Source: Tardiphaga sp.
GTDB taxonomy: Bacteria > Pseudomonadota > Alphaproteobacteria > Rhizobiales > Xanthobacteraceae
Assembly: GCA_030147505.1 (NCBI GenBank)
Contig: JASBVG010000064.1
Location: 19,431 to 83,430, forward strand
DNA length: 64,000 nt
Direction of reading: 5' to 3'
The position numbers were made by a program, and so were the translations under genes. The notes beneath the pieces were generated by a model, which saw nothing but the letters and a program-made list of their open reading frames with translations, did not search any database and was not told where the DNA came from. Shown here piece by piece: positions 20,630 through 30,064 of the stretch. How positions within the stretch are numbered: the first letter of the stretch is position 1; each line of letters starts with the position of its first letter.

Positions 20630-21366
20630 GGCACCTCACCTAACCCGCGGCGGCGGGACTCGACCACCTCACAATCCGACCTGGTACCGGGCGACTGGGG
20701 CGTGAACAGCAAACGGATCGGCTGGACGAAGCCGGCCGGAGGCGGCTCCCGAACGCGCATCCGACGGAGGGCGCCTTCGATTGAATCGTCGGCCTGGGGC
20801 TGCCCCGCGCTTCCGAGTTTTAGCAAATCCTGCACCGTGCCGTCCGATGCGATCCACAAGACCGTGACGAGGCGATATTGACCGGGCCTTGCATGAGGGA
20901 GCCGGCAAAGCGTCTCCAGAACATCCTGCTGCACAAGCATATGATAGCGCCGATCTGACCGGTCCTGCCCCGATCGGCGCTCCGGCGTTAGTTCAAGAAC
21001 GTAGGTTCCTTCGGCAACGAAACGCGCCGTCAGACCTGTCCCGACCAGGATCCGAAATAATGCGGCCGTTGGCGTCGCCCGTCCTTCGACACCGCCCGAG
21101 ACCCGGCCGTCCACAAGCCCACCTTCGTAAAGCGCCTCTTTGCCGGTCACATCGCCATAGCGGATGAGCGCCGAGCCCAATGATTGCGCCGCGATCGAAA
21201 AATCAAACATTGGCTCTGAGGCCATGCACGGTGCGACGGCCATATGCACGAGCAGGAGGGCGCAATACATCGAGCCGGATACCGGTGTGCCCCGACGTTT
21301 CATCCATTTTCGCTCTGAAACAGGAAATGGCCTAATTGCGATATCCGCTCGCTGAGGCATTCTCAC
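20626..21366 (-). CDS. STN domain plus TonB C-terminal-like protein (VreA-like, no beta-barrel)
   Basis: Signal-like segment; STN-like FDFSIAAQSLGSAL...LVGTGL; C-terminal LWIASDGTV...PPPAGFVQPI; overlaps the sigma gene by 4 bp; start uncertain. Confidence 0.8.
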   Translation of the reverse strand: MRMPQRADIAIRPFPVSERKWMKRRGTPVSGSMYCALLLVHMAVAPCMASEPMFDFSIAAQSLGSALIRYGDVTGKEALYEGGLVDGRVSGGVEGRATPTAALFRILVGTGLTARFVAEGTYVLELTPERRSGQDRSDRRYHMLVQQDVLETLCRLPHARPGQYRLVTVLWIASDGTVQDLLKLGSAGQPQADDSIEGALRRMRVREPPPAGFVQPIRLLFTPQSPGTRSDCEVVESRRRGLGEVP

Positions 21367-21624
21367 TATACGTCCGGAGAGGCAGCTGCTCCGGGCCTGC
21401 GCCGATATTCCAACTGCTACGGTTCCACTGGCCCCGCCAGCATATGCCGGCTCATGCCGACGGACGGGCAGAAACTAGGGACGCCTGATTGCAGATTTAC
21501 GACAGACATGCCGGAATTCGGAAACACGTATCGTCGCGTTAGACGTTTGGCAGCCGGAGCTTCTTCGCCATTGAATTGAAGAGCGATCGGATTTTTCAGC
21601 GGCTTATAGTGGCATGTCCGCTTT

Positions 21625-21879
21625 GCGCCCGCGCCGCCAGATGGTGCGCCTCTCGTTCGGTCAAGCTCTTTGCCCGGTCCGGAGATTGGCGCACTTCGCC
21701 TCGATTTCAGCCAAGGCAGCAGCATGCTTCACTTTTGCCTGCGCCGGATCCTTCGTCCCAAGCGTGTGAAGCTCCTCTCGCTTTCCAACGAGCTTGATAA
21801 GCTCGTCCGGAACGCGTTTTCTCAACCAATAGATACCCGTTTTTGAGTGCTTCCAAGGACGTGACAATGCAAAGGGCAT
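21625..21879 (-). pseudogene. DUF6538-type N-terminal fragment of a tyrosine integrase
   Basis: MPFALSRPWKHSKTGIYWLRKRVP...LGTKDP; frameshift near 21670 continues as KSLTEREAHHLAA and then breaks off; no catalytic domain. Confidence 0.75.
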
Positions 21880-21965
21880 GTGTATCACCCGTGTGTATTA
21901 CCGGGTAGCCCTCAAGTCATTGTTTTCGCTGAATTGTCTTTGGCGCCAAGAGGCTTATGAAGCCG

Positions 21966-21972
21966 ATGGTGC
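21966..21972. repeat. Left att core of the serine-recombinase element (ATGGTGC)
   Basis: Identical to 63961-63967; followed in frame by WCATQNITENTYVVEIAW*. Confidence 0.8.
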
Positions 21973-22023
21973 GCCACTCAGAATATAACTGAGAACACTT
22001 ATGTTGTTGAGATTGCTTGGTAA
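21967..22023 (+). other. Displaced C-terminal 18 codons of the large serine recombinase
   Basis: TGG TGC GCC...TGG TAA joins in frame to ...VRKSVQE at 63961 if the two cores recombine. Confidence 0.75.
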
Positions 22024-22454
22024 AATTCTCTGCCAAATTGATGGGCGGGCTTTTCGAGGCGACCATGGGTGCGCAATCCAGCGTTTAGGACGGCACGAGC
22101 AGTAGGCTTAGTCCCGCAAATGCAACGAACTGCGCGGTCATATAATTCGGCATGAAGGATTGTCAGCTTGCCGCAAAGGTTACACCGAGAGCCAACCCAA
22201 GATCGTTCCGGCCCCGTTAGCGAGGCGGAGGCGGCCGCTGCCATTGCTGCGCGCCGATTAAGTGCGGCGGCGTTGTCCAACCATTGCGGTAGTTGGTCTA
22301 TTCCCGTCCACGTCCACGTCGACGGTGGCGCTGGCGTGCGCGCCGAGAGCCATCAGAACACGGCGGCTACGAAAGCAGAGACTGCAATTCCAATTTGAAC
22401 GACGACATTCACCCGAGAAATGAACAAGGCACTTTCAGACATAATTTCGGACAT
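21999..22454 (-). pseudogene. Small membrane-protein gene with an internal stop
   Basis: MSEIMSESALFISRVNVVVQIGIAVSAFVAAVF*WLSARTP...LNRRAAMAAAASA; in-frame TGA at 22353-22355; AGGAG upstream. Confidence 0.4.
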
Positions 22455-22851
22455 CTCCTGGTCTCATGCGATCCCGCGCGCACTAGGGTTTTCAGATATC
22501 ACTCCCAATGGACGAAAGGAAGTTGAGGCCTTTGCGCGATTTGTAATGACAAATGCGGGCGGAGCGAGCGTTGTGTGAAGCTGCGCCCGCAGGTCGATCA
22601 TATCAACTCGGATCTGCTGGTCTGTCTGAAATCGAACTGCAAAAGCGTTTTTCAAAAGCGTCATCTGTCTCGATCGGTGCGCGACGTCGCGCTCCTTGGA
22701 CGCGCCTCTAGTTTGACCATTGTCGGACGGTGTTGTGACACGGGTAACCCGCAAGAAATATTCTGAAATAAAGTCATTGCTGATGATCACTGGGGATTAC
22801 TAATATGCAATCCATACGTGCAGTGTGGGCGAACCTCGCAGGTGGACGCAA

Positions 22852-24987
22852 ATGTCTGAGAGTGCGAGCGATCAAGCTTCATCCGGGCTGGCCTCACTTG
22901 TCGTCATGCTACGCTTCAATGGCGTAGCGGCCGAGGCGGAGCAGCTACGCCATCGCCTTGGTCAAGCCGCCGTCGATGCGGCGGAAATCATTCGCAGCGC
23001 GCGTTCGCACGGGCTGAAAGCGCGCATCGTCACGCAGACATGGGAGCGTCTCGCCGCCGCGACACTGCCGGCGATCGCGCTGCTCAAGGATGGCGGCTTC
23101 CTCATTCTCGGCAAGGCAGCGGACGACAAGGTTCTCGTTCAGGAGCCTTTGAATGGCCGCCCGCAACTCATGCCTCGCGCGGATTTCGAAGCTATCTGGG
23201 CCGGGCAGCTCATCGTGATGACGCGCCGTGCCTCGCTCGGCGAACTGGCGCGGCGGTTTGACATCACCTGGTTCCTGCAGGCGATGCACAAATATCGCAG
23301 CCTGCTGACCGAGGTGCTGGTCGCCTCGTTCTTCCTGCAGATCTTCGCGCTGATCACGCCGCTGTTTTTTCAGGTGGTGATCGACAAGGTGCTGGTGCAT
23401 CGCGGGCTGACCACGCTGGACGTGCTGGTCGCCGGCCTCATCGCGGTGTCGATCTTTGAAACGGTGCTGACAGGTTTGCGCACCTATGTGTTCTCGCACA
23501 CCACCAACCGCATTGATGTCGAACTCGGTGCGCGCCTGTTCCGGCATCTGCTGGCGCTGCCCATCGGCTATTTCGCGGCACGCCGGGCGGGCGACTCCGT
23601 TGCCCGCGTTCGCGAGCTGGAGAACATCCGCAATTTCCTCACCGGCTCGGCCCTGACGCTGGTGATCGATCTGGTCTTCACCATCGTGTTCCTCGCGGTG
23701 ATGTTCTATTACTCGCTGACGCTGACCTGGATCGTGGTCGCGTCCTTCCCGTTCTTCATCGCGATCTCGGTCGGCGTCACGCCGCTGTTTCGCAAGCGGC
23801 TCGACGAGAAGTTTGAGCGCGGCGCCGAGAACCAGGCTTTCCTCGTCGAAAGCGTCAACGGCGTCGAGACGCTGAAGGCCATGGCCGTCGAGCCGCAGAT
23901 GCAGCGGCGTTGGGAGGAGCAACTCGCTGCCTATGTGGCCTCCAGTTTTCGCGTGCTGTCGCTCGGCAACTGGGCCAGCCAGAGCGTGCAACTGGTGAGC
24001 AAGATCGTCACCGCACTGACGCTGTATTTTGGCGCGCATCTTGTCATCAACGGTTCGCTCAGCGTTGGCGAACTCGTCGCCTTCAACATGCTGTCCGGCC
24101 GCGTCACACAGCCGGTGCTGCGGCTCGCCCAGCTCTGGCAGGATTTTCATCAGGCGCGGCTGTCCGTCGCGCGGCTTGGCGACATTCTCAATACCGCGCC
24201 GGAGCCCGCTTATGTGGTCGGCCGCGCGACGCCGCCGCCGATCCGCGGCGCCGTCGAATTCGATCACGTCAAATTCCGCTACCGCCTCGACGGTCCCGAA
24301 ATCCTGCACGACATCAGCCTGCAATTTCCGGCCGGGCAGGTGGTCGGCATCGTCGGCGCCTCCGGCTCCGGCAAATCCACCCTCGCCAAACTGGTGCAGC
24401 GGCTCTATGTGCCGGAAAGCGGCCGGGTCCTGATCGATGGTGTCGATCTGGCGATGGTGGATGTCGCCTGGCTGCGCCGGCAGGTCGGCGTGGTGCTGCA
24501 GGAGAACGTGCTGTTCAACCGCACCATCCGCGACAACATCGCGCTTAGCGATCCCGGCCTGCCGATGGAGCGCATTGTCGCCGCCGCAAAGCTCGCCGGC
24601 GCGCATGATTTCATCCTCGAAATGCCCGAGGGTTATGACACCATGGTGGGCGAGCGCGGCGCCAGCCTGTCGGGCGGGCAACGCCAGCGCGTCGCCATCG
24701 CCCGCGCGCTGGTCGGCAACCCCCGCATTCTCATTTTCGACGAAGCCACCAGCGCCCTCGATTACGAGAGCGAGCGCATCGTGCAGCAGAACATGCGCGG
24801 CATCGCGCAAGGCCGCACGGTTCTGATCATTGCGCATCGCCTCTCCACGGTGCGCTTTGCCGATCGCATCATCACGCTGGAACGCGGCCGCCTCGTCGAG
24901 GACGGCACCCATGACGAGTTGATCCGCACCGGCGGCCGCTACGCATCCCTCCATCGCATCCAGGCCGGCATCCATGAAGTGGTGTGA
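22852..24987 (+). CDS. hlyB: Type I secretion ABC transporter (HlyB/RtxB family, inactive C39-like N-domain)
   Basis: FDITWFL, TPLFFQVVIDKVLVHRG, Walker A GASGSGKST, LSGGQRQR, DEATSALD, IAHRLST; start ATG 22852 or GTG 22825. Confidence 0.95.
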   Translation: MSESASDQASSGLASLVVMLRFNGVAAEAEQLRHRLGQAAVDAAEIIRSARSHGLKARIVTQTWERLAAATLPAIALLKDGGFLILGKAADDKVLVQEPLNGRPQLMPRADFEAIWAGQLIVMTRRASLGELARRFDITWFLQAMHKYRSLLTEVLVASFFLQIFALITPLFFQVVIDKVLVHRGLTTLDVLVAGLIAVSIFETVLTGLRTYVFSHTTNRIDVELGARLFRHLLALPIGYFAARRAGDSVARVRELENIRNFLTGSALTLVIDLVFTIVFLAVMFYYSLTLTWIVVASFPFFIAISVGVTPLFRKRLDEKFERGAENQAFLVESVNGVETLKAMAVEPQMQRRWEEQLAAYVASSFRVLSLGNWASQSVQLVSKIVTALTLYFGAHLVINGSLSVGELVAFNMLSGRVTQPVLRLAQLWQDFHQARLSVARLGDILNTAPEPAYVVGRATPPPIRGAVEFDHVKFRYRLDGPEILHDISLQFPAGQVVGIVGASGSGKSTLAKLVQRLYVPESGRVLIDGVDLAMVDVAWLRRQVGVVLQENVLFNRTIRDNIALSDPGLPMERIVAAAKLAGAHDFILEMPEGYDTMVGERGASLSGGQRQRVAIARALVGNPRILIFDEATSALDYESERIVQQNMRGIAQGRTVLIIAHRLSTVRFADRIITLERGRLVEDGTHDELIRTGGRYASLHRIQAGIHEVV

Positions 24988-25008
24988 GCGCAAGAGCGGA
25001 GGCGTCGC

Positions 25009-26484
25009 ATGAGCCTCGAAGCAGCTCCGGCAGCCGCGCCGGAGCCGACCGTTCCGGAAACTCCGCAGCCGAGCTTGCCGCCGCCAAAGATTGTGCGCCG
25101 GCGAGAGGAACTGGAATTCCTGCCCGCCGCGCTTGAGATCATCGAGACACCGGCGTCACCGGTCGGCCGTGCAATTGCCTTTACGATCATCGCTTTCTTT
25201 GCACTCGCGCTGCTATGGAGTTGCTTGGGCAAGATCGACATCATCGCCACGGCGCAAGGCAAGATCGTGCCGACCGGCCGAACCAAGGTGATCCAGCCAC
25301 TGGAAGCCGGCACGGTGACCGCCATCCATGTCCGCGACGGCGACCGCGTGCGCGCCGGCGATGTGCTGATCGAGATCGACCGCACCATCACCACAGCCGA
25401 GCGCAACCGCGTCGGCGCCGAATGGATGCGCGCCAAGCTCGATGTGTCCAGGCTCTCCGCGTTGCAATCCGGCCTCGCCACCGTGACCGTCGGCGATTAT
25501 GCGATACCGCCCGGCGTGCCCGAGCATGAGGTGCTGCGCAGCCGCAGCGCCATGCTGGCGCAGGCCGAGCAGCAGGCGGCAAAAATCCTCTCTTTCGACC
25601 AGCAGATCGCGCAGAAGGAAGCCGAGGCGAATGGGTTGGCGGCATTGATCGACAAGATCGAGGCCAGCTTGCCTTTCGTCACCGAAACCGCCGAGGTTCG
25701 CGAAAAACTGCTGAAGCTGGAATTCGGCAACCGTCTGGCATTCCTCGACTCCCAGCTCAAGCTCAGCGAGCAGCGCCACGACATGATCGTGCAGCGCCGC
25801 CGCCTCGCCGAGATCGCCGCCGCCAGATCGGCGCTGGAAGCCCAGCGCGAGCAGGCCCGCGCCGAATATGCCCGCAATGTGATGATGGACCTCGCCGACG
25901 CCCGGCAGAAGACCGCGCAACTCGGCGAGGACATGATCAAGGCCGAGCGGCGGATGACCGACCAGATGCTGCGCGCGCCGGTGGACGGCACCGTGCAGCA
26001 ACTCGCGATCCACACCGTGGGTGGTGTGGTTTCGCCGGCGCAGCAATTGATGGCCATCGTTCCGGCGGACAGCAAGCTGGAAGCCGAAGCCATGGTCCCG
26101 AACAAGGATATCGGCTTTGTTACGCCGGGGCAGTCGGCAGAGATCAAGATCGATACGTTCAACTTCACGAAATACGGCCTGTTGCGCGGCGAGGTGATCA
26201 ATGTCTCGCAGGATGCGATCACGCGCGAGAAGCCGGTAGACCGTGCCGATCCCGGCAAGACACGCGCCGCGCTCGCGGACAGTAGCGAGCCGCAGGGACA
26301 GGAGCTTGTCTATGCGGCACGCGTGTCGCTGGATCGCATGCAGATGCAAGTCGAGGACAAGATCGTCAGCCTCGCTCCGGGCATGGCGGTAACGGTGGAA
26401 ATAAAAACAGGGCGGCGACGAGTGATAGAGTATTTGTTGTCGCCGCTTCTGAGGTATGGACATGAGGCAGCGAGGGAAAGATGA
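25009..26484 (+). CDS. hlyD: Type I secretion membrane fusion protein (HlyD family)
   Basis: EFLPAALEIIETP, TM helix, coiled coil, APVDGTVQ, NKDIGFV, FTKYG, PGMAVTVEIKTG, EYLLSPL. Confidence 0.95.
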   Translation: MSLEAAPAAAPEPTVPETPQPSLPPPKIVRRREELEFLPAALEIIETPASPVGRAIAFTIIAFFALALLWSCLGKIDIIATAQGKIVPTGRTKVIQPLEAGTVTAIHVRDGDRVRAGDVLIEIDRTITTAERNRVGAEWMRAKLDVSRLSALQSGLATVTVGDYAIPPGVPEHEVLRSRSAMLAQAEQQAAKILSFDQQIAQKEAEANGLAALIDKIEASLPFVTETAEVREKLLKLEFGNRLAFLDSQLKLSEQRHDMIVQRRRLAEIAAARSALEAQREQARAEYARNVMMDLADARQKTAQLGEDMIKAERRMTDQMLRAPVDGTVQQLAIHTVGGVVSPAQQLMAIVPADSKLEAEAMVPNKDIGFVTPGQSAEIKIDTFNFTKYGLLRGEVINVSQDAITREKPVDRADPGKTRAALADSSEPQGQELVYAARVSLDRMQMQVEDKIVSLAPGMAVTVEIKTGRRRVIEYLLSPLLRYGHEAARER

Positions 26485-27019
26485 CGTGTTGCCGTTGGTC
26501 AAGCTCTGCATCTCACGCGGAATCGGGGCTGCGCCAGCGGTTTTCATAAGTGTGAAGACTGCTAACGGCGACCTGATTGATGAAGTCGTTTTCAACCGAC
26601 CGACGAGCCTAGAAGACGGCCCTTCATCGCGCACAAAGACTTTGGATGAAGATGCGATTAGTGCGATAACGTCATACATAGAACTGAATCTGGCCGAAAC
26701 GGTGCAGATTGATCGCTTGGCGGAAGAGAGCCGTATGAGCGAATATCACTTCTTCCGCCGGTTTAAGGCGACATTTGGCACGTCGCCCTACGCGCTGATC
26801 ACCGCGATACGATTGGTGTGGGCCAAACAGCTCATCATTCAGACAGAGCTGCGAGTGGATGTCGTCGCTGATTACGTTGGAATCCAGAACGTTAGTTATT
26901 TCAGACGACAATTTCGCAAAAGGTTCAATCAAACCCCAGCGTACTTCCGTCAGCTGAAAAGAGCTTCAATGAGTTGTCATATTGATCGTTGCTCTTCGCA
27001 AAAGAATAGCAGGAATTGA
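26456..27019 (+). CDS. AraC family transcriptional regulator (double HTH, short N-terminus)
   Basis: SYIELNL...LAEESRMSEYHFFRRFKATFGTSP...RLVWAKQL...VGIQNVSYFRRQFRKRFNQTP; the start may be GTG 26486. Confidence 0.85.
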   Translation: MDMRQRGKDDVLPLVKLCISRGIGAAPAVFISVKTANGDLIDEVVFNRPTSLEDGPSSRTKTLDEDAISAITSYIELNLAETVQIDRLAEESRMSEYHFFRRFKATFGTSPYALITAIRLVWAKQLIIQTELRVDVVADYVGIQNVSYFRRQFRKRFNQTPAYFRQLKRASMSCHIDRCSSQKNSRN

Positions 27020-27024
27020 GCTGT
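27003..27024 (+). repeat. 22-bp direct repeat, copy 1 (AGAATAGCAGGAATTGAGCTGT)
   Basis: Exact second copy at 28368-28389. Confidence 0.9.
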
Positions 27025-27148
27025 TATTCGCTTTGTAGCTGAGTATTTTCTCGTTGTTATGAGATGCGCTCGCAGGGAGTTTTTGCTTTCCACTTTGGTG
27101 TCAGATGTCCATCTTTCTCAGGGTGCTTGAGTGAATGTGACGGTAATC

Positions 27149-28384
27149 ATGGCAAATATCGAACTGAGGCGGTTGGCGCGATCTGCGACACTGACGGCAA
27201 TGCTTTCGTTGTCTCTGATGCAATCGAAAGCCGACGCGGCAGCGTTGAAACATGAGAACGGTTCATTGAACCTGCTCTGGTCTGTTCCTCAATTCAAGAT
27301 GATCGATGTCATTCGCCATAGAAATGGCGCTGTACCAATTTTAATCGAAGATGCGGTGCAAAAGAAGCTCGCTATCCTGAAAGTATCTGGCGGGGGCAAG
27401 CTTGGTCAAAGCGTCGATCTGTCATTGGCGACGCCTGTATCGACGAGCGATTTGAGGATCTCGTCCGCCGCCGGTGATGCCATTTGGATCGCTGGTCGAA
27501 CGTCTCGACGATCAGAAGGCGTGGCTAGTGCTCTCACCTCGAACGCGTATCTCGCGAAAGTCGATCTTTCAGGGAAGGTGAAATGGGAGAGAGATTTCCC
27601 AGGTGAAGGCGAGCGTATGGTTCAGGACGTCGTCGCACTCCCTGATGGCGGTGCCGGCGTTGTTGGACGCGACGGGCAGAAGATCTGGCTTGCTGTGATT
27701 TCAGAGCGCGGTGATCTTCAATGGGACACGACAGTCGGTGTCGCTAGCGTCTCTGCGATCGCCTTCGTAAGCGGAGCCATATGGATTTCTGGATTAGATC
27801 GCGCGTCTTCTGCGTCGGGGCAATATGAAGTCGCCGTATGGAAATACACTATGGATGGAAAGTTGATAGGGCGGGTCGTTGTTGAGGACAAACTGCTCGA
27901 AAAACCGATGCCGTACTGGTCGCTCAGATTTATTGTGGATGCCTCGTTCCAAAACATTTATCTGCTTTCCGCTTGGACGTCCTCCAAACTCATGCCGATC
28001 AATGCTGTCAGGATGGATGGGACGGCAAGCGTCATCTGGGCGCGAAAATTGGAAGGTTCGATCTTAGAAGATCGAGGGCGGCAGGGTCTATGCTGGTTCG
28101 ATGTCGCCTTAATGCAGTCGGGTGACCTCGTTGTTTCGTGCCCGACGAACTCTTCCACGGAATTCTTCAGACTGAGCGCGGCGACAGGCGCAATTTTCAC
28201 AATGACTGCAACGTCGTCTTCCAAGGAAAGTTGCGTGGGTGACGATGGATGGGTTCAGTTCCTAATTCCACGCGTCGCTGACGATCTCTGGACGTTCGGC
28301 TTCGGTCGCGGGTGCAGCTGGCTCGGTCAAACCAATCTGAATCCAACGATAGGACGATCGCTCAGAGAGAATAGCAGGAATTGA
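27149..28384 (+). CDS. Exported hypothetical protein, beta-propeller-like repeats (candidate immunity or accessory protein)
   Basis: Signal-like MANIELRR...KADA; repeats AKVDLSGKVKW, VISERGDLQW, KYTMDGKLIG, RMDGTASVIW; track ORF starts at 27131. Confidence 0.7.
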   Translation: MANIELRRLARSATLTAMLSLSLMQSKADAAALKHENGSLNLLWSVPQFKMIDVIRHRNGAVPILIEDAVQKKLAILKVSGGGKLGQSVDLSLATPVSTSDLRISSAAGDAIWIAGRTSRRSEGVASALTSNAYLAKVDLSGKVKWERDFPGEGERMVQDVVALPDGGAGVVGRDGQKIWLAVISERGDLQWDTTVGVASVSAIAFVSGAIWISGLDRASSASGQYEVAVWKYTMDGKLIGRVVVEDKLLEKPMPYWSLRFIVDASFQNIYLLSAWTSSKLMPINAVRMDGTASVIWARKLEGSILEDRGRQGLCWFDVALMQSGDLVVSCPTNSSTEFFRLSAATGAIFTMTATSSSKESCVGDDGWVQFLIPRVADDLWTFGFGRGCSWLGQTNLNPTIGRSLRENSRN

Positions 28385-28389
28385 GCTGT
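28368..28389 (+). repeat. 22-bp direct repeat, copy 2
   Basis: Identical to 27003-27024; both copies contain the stop codon of the preceding gene (both proteins end NSRN*). Confidence 0.9.
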
Positions 28390-28582
28390 CCAGAAGGCGG
28401 CTATGGGGAGATAATTCAGTTGATGCTGGACTAAATAGTTGAGGCCTTGGAATGGAAGATTCCGGGTGAGAAACTATGTATTTCCAGCTGATCCTTTGCG
28501 TCGATCGAATGGGCGCAATCGCTCCTTAGGTTTGGCGAAATCTAAATCTTGGACGACATTTTCTGCGAGGAGATAGAGCAAG

Positions 28583-30064
28583 GTGTACGGGAAAACTATT
28601 GCAGCGATCCTGATAACCCTCGTTTCCTCGGCGGAAGCGTCTGCTGAACCGCTGTCACTAGACGCAGTTGTCGACTTAGGGAGTATCGCTAAAAAGATAT
28701 CGAGTATAAGTTGGTGTTCAGATGACGAGGTTGCATTTGTCGGCGGCGTTTCTTCGAATGTTCCGCAAGGAGCGCCTTCTAGGTCCGCTCGCCGCGCAGT
28801 AATACTTTCACTAAAAAATAGCCGAGCCTACTCGATCGCTGAGTATAGCGATGCGTCTATTCGTTTAGATTGTGTTCTTGGTGGGGGCTTTGTCTATGTC
28901 TCGGGATCGGCAAACGTAGGTTATCGATCTGCAGGGGGTGGTGAGCCTGTCACTAAGTCATTCAATCATCTTCTTGAAGTTCTGCCTGTAGAAGCCAAAA
29001 GGACGCCCGCGCAGATCAACCTGCTCTGGGATGTCGAAGCGTTGAGCGGTCCAGTTCATACCGATGTGAACGGGAATATATTTGCTCGTAAAAGTCCCGT
29101 ACGTAGCTCTATGGCCGAGATGCTGCCATCGCGCATGGTGGGCCGTAAGAGTGCTGGGATTCGAGGTGAGGGAATAAGCTACACTGCTCGACTTGATAAC
29201 ATTAGTGTGACGTCGTTCTCTTCGGATCAGCGCAAGCTTGGTCGAGCTGCGGTTCCTATTGAAGTGTATGGGATCAACACACCGGAGATTGGATCGCGAA
29301 GCATTGGATTTTATCGATGTGCGGGAGGCGGGCGTAGGCCCGAGTGTGGCCAAGATTCAAACGGGAAGGACGTCGTCTACTATACGTTACTTAGTGCAGG
29401 AGAAATCTCTCATCGAAGTTCCGGCGACCGTGAGGTGCCCCAATCTATGCTTGTCACTGTTGCCGTTGGCAATCATCCGCTCATTAAGCGTTGGAAGATT
29501 GTTAGTGCAGAAAAGAATAATCAATTAGGCGATCTCACTGTTGTCGATGTCGCGCTCAATGAGCGAAGTTGCTTTGTTTTGCTTGAACCTAATCGACATA
29601 GTAGCTCTAGCCGTTTACTCGGAAAACTTCGCCGCGAAATTTACGTGTCAGATTGCGAGCAGAGTGGAGATGTTATCTCCTACTATAGGCCGAGGCTTAT
29701 TGGCCAGAGGCAGGGCTCATTTAGCTTTCCGCGAATAAAGATCCATGGAGAGGTCCTTGTACTAACGGAGTTCTATGATCAGAGCTCGCAAGAGGAAGAT
29801 CAGATACCTTTAGAGAAGCTTGCCCTGCGAGACGCGAAGGTTTGCGTTCGGCTGTTCTCGGGTGAGCAATCGTCAAATCTTAGTAAGATTAACGCGCTGT
29901 GTGCGCCAGTAGATCGCGTTGGCGGCGGATGGGAAGCTCAGCAGATCATCGTAAGCCCAAATGCAAAGTTTATAGCGGTTCTTGGGCCGTCGGATGCAAT
30001 AATCGTCAGTAGCAATTTTCGGAACAATGGAAGCGAGCCTAGCTGGCTCACAAATGGAGAGTGA
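28583..30064 (+). CDS. Exported Cys-containing hypothetical protein (candidate immunity protein)
   Basis: GAGGA RBS; Sec signal MYGKTIAAILITLVSSAEASA; stop overlaps the RTX gene start (GTGA). Confidence 0.75.
   Translation: MYGKTIAAILITLVSSAEASAEPLSLDAVVDLGSIAKKISSISWCSDDEVAFVGGVSSNVPQGAPSRSARRAVILSLKNSRAYSIAEYSDASIRLDCVLGGGFVYVSGSANVGYRSAGGGEPVTKSFNHLLEVLPVEAKRTPAQINLLWDVEALSGPVHTDVNGNIFARKSPVRSSMAEMLPSRMVGRKSAGIRGEGISYTARLDNISVTSFSSDQRKLGRAAVPIEVYGINTPEIGSRSIGFYRCAGGGRRPECGQDSNGKDVVYYTLLSAGEISHRSSGDREVPQSMLVTVAVGNHPLIKRWKIVSAEKNNQLGDLTVVDVALNERSCFVLLEPNRHSSSSRLLGKLRREIYVSDCEQSGDVISYYRPRLIGQRQGSFSFPRIKIHGEVLVLTEFYDQSSQEEDQIPLEKLALRDAKVCVRLFSGEQSSNLSKINALCAPVDRVGGGWEAQQIIVSPNAKFIAVLGPSDAIIVSSNFRNNGSEPSWLTNGE

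Larger units (their letters stand above)
5811..21966. mobile_element. Decayed tyrosine-integrase-type genomic island carrying the haemagglutinin/ECF module
   Basis: Degenerate att at the left; integrase remnant and TGTATYA repeats next to the former tRNA junction at the right. Confidence 0.55.

Noticed and set aside
22713-22740. Third TGTCACA copy near the T1SS promoter
   Set aside because: No CGTCT at 16-bp spacing, and it points away from hlyB.
27003-28389. 22-bp repeat as a CRISPR array or integron attC
   Set aside because: Only two copies 1.36 kb apart, no palindromic attC structure, and no cas or intI gene seen.
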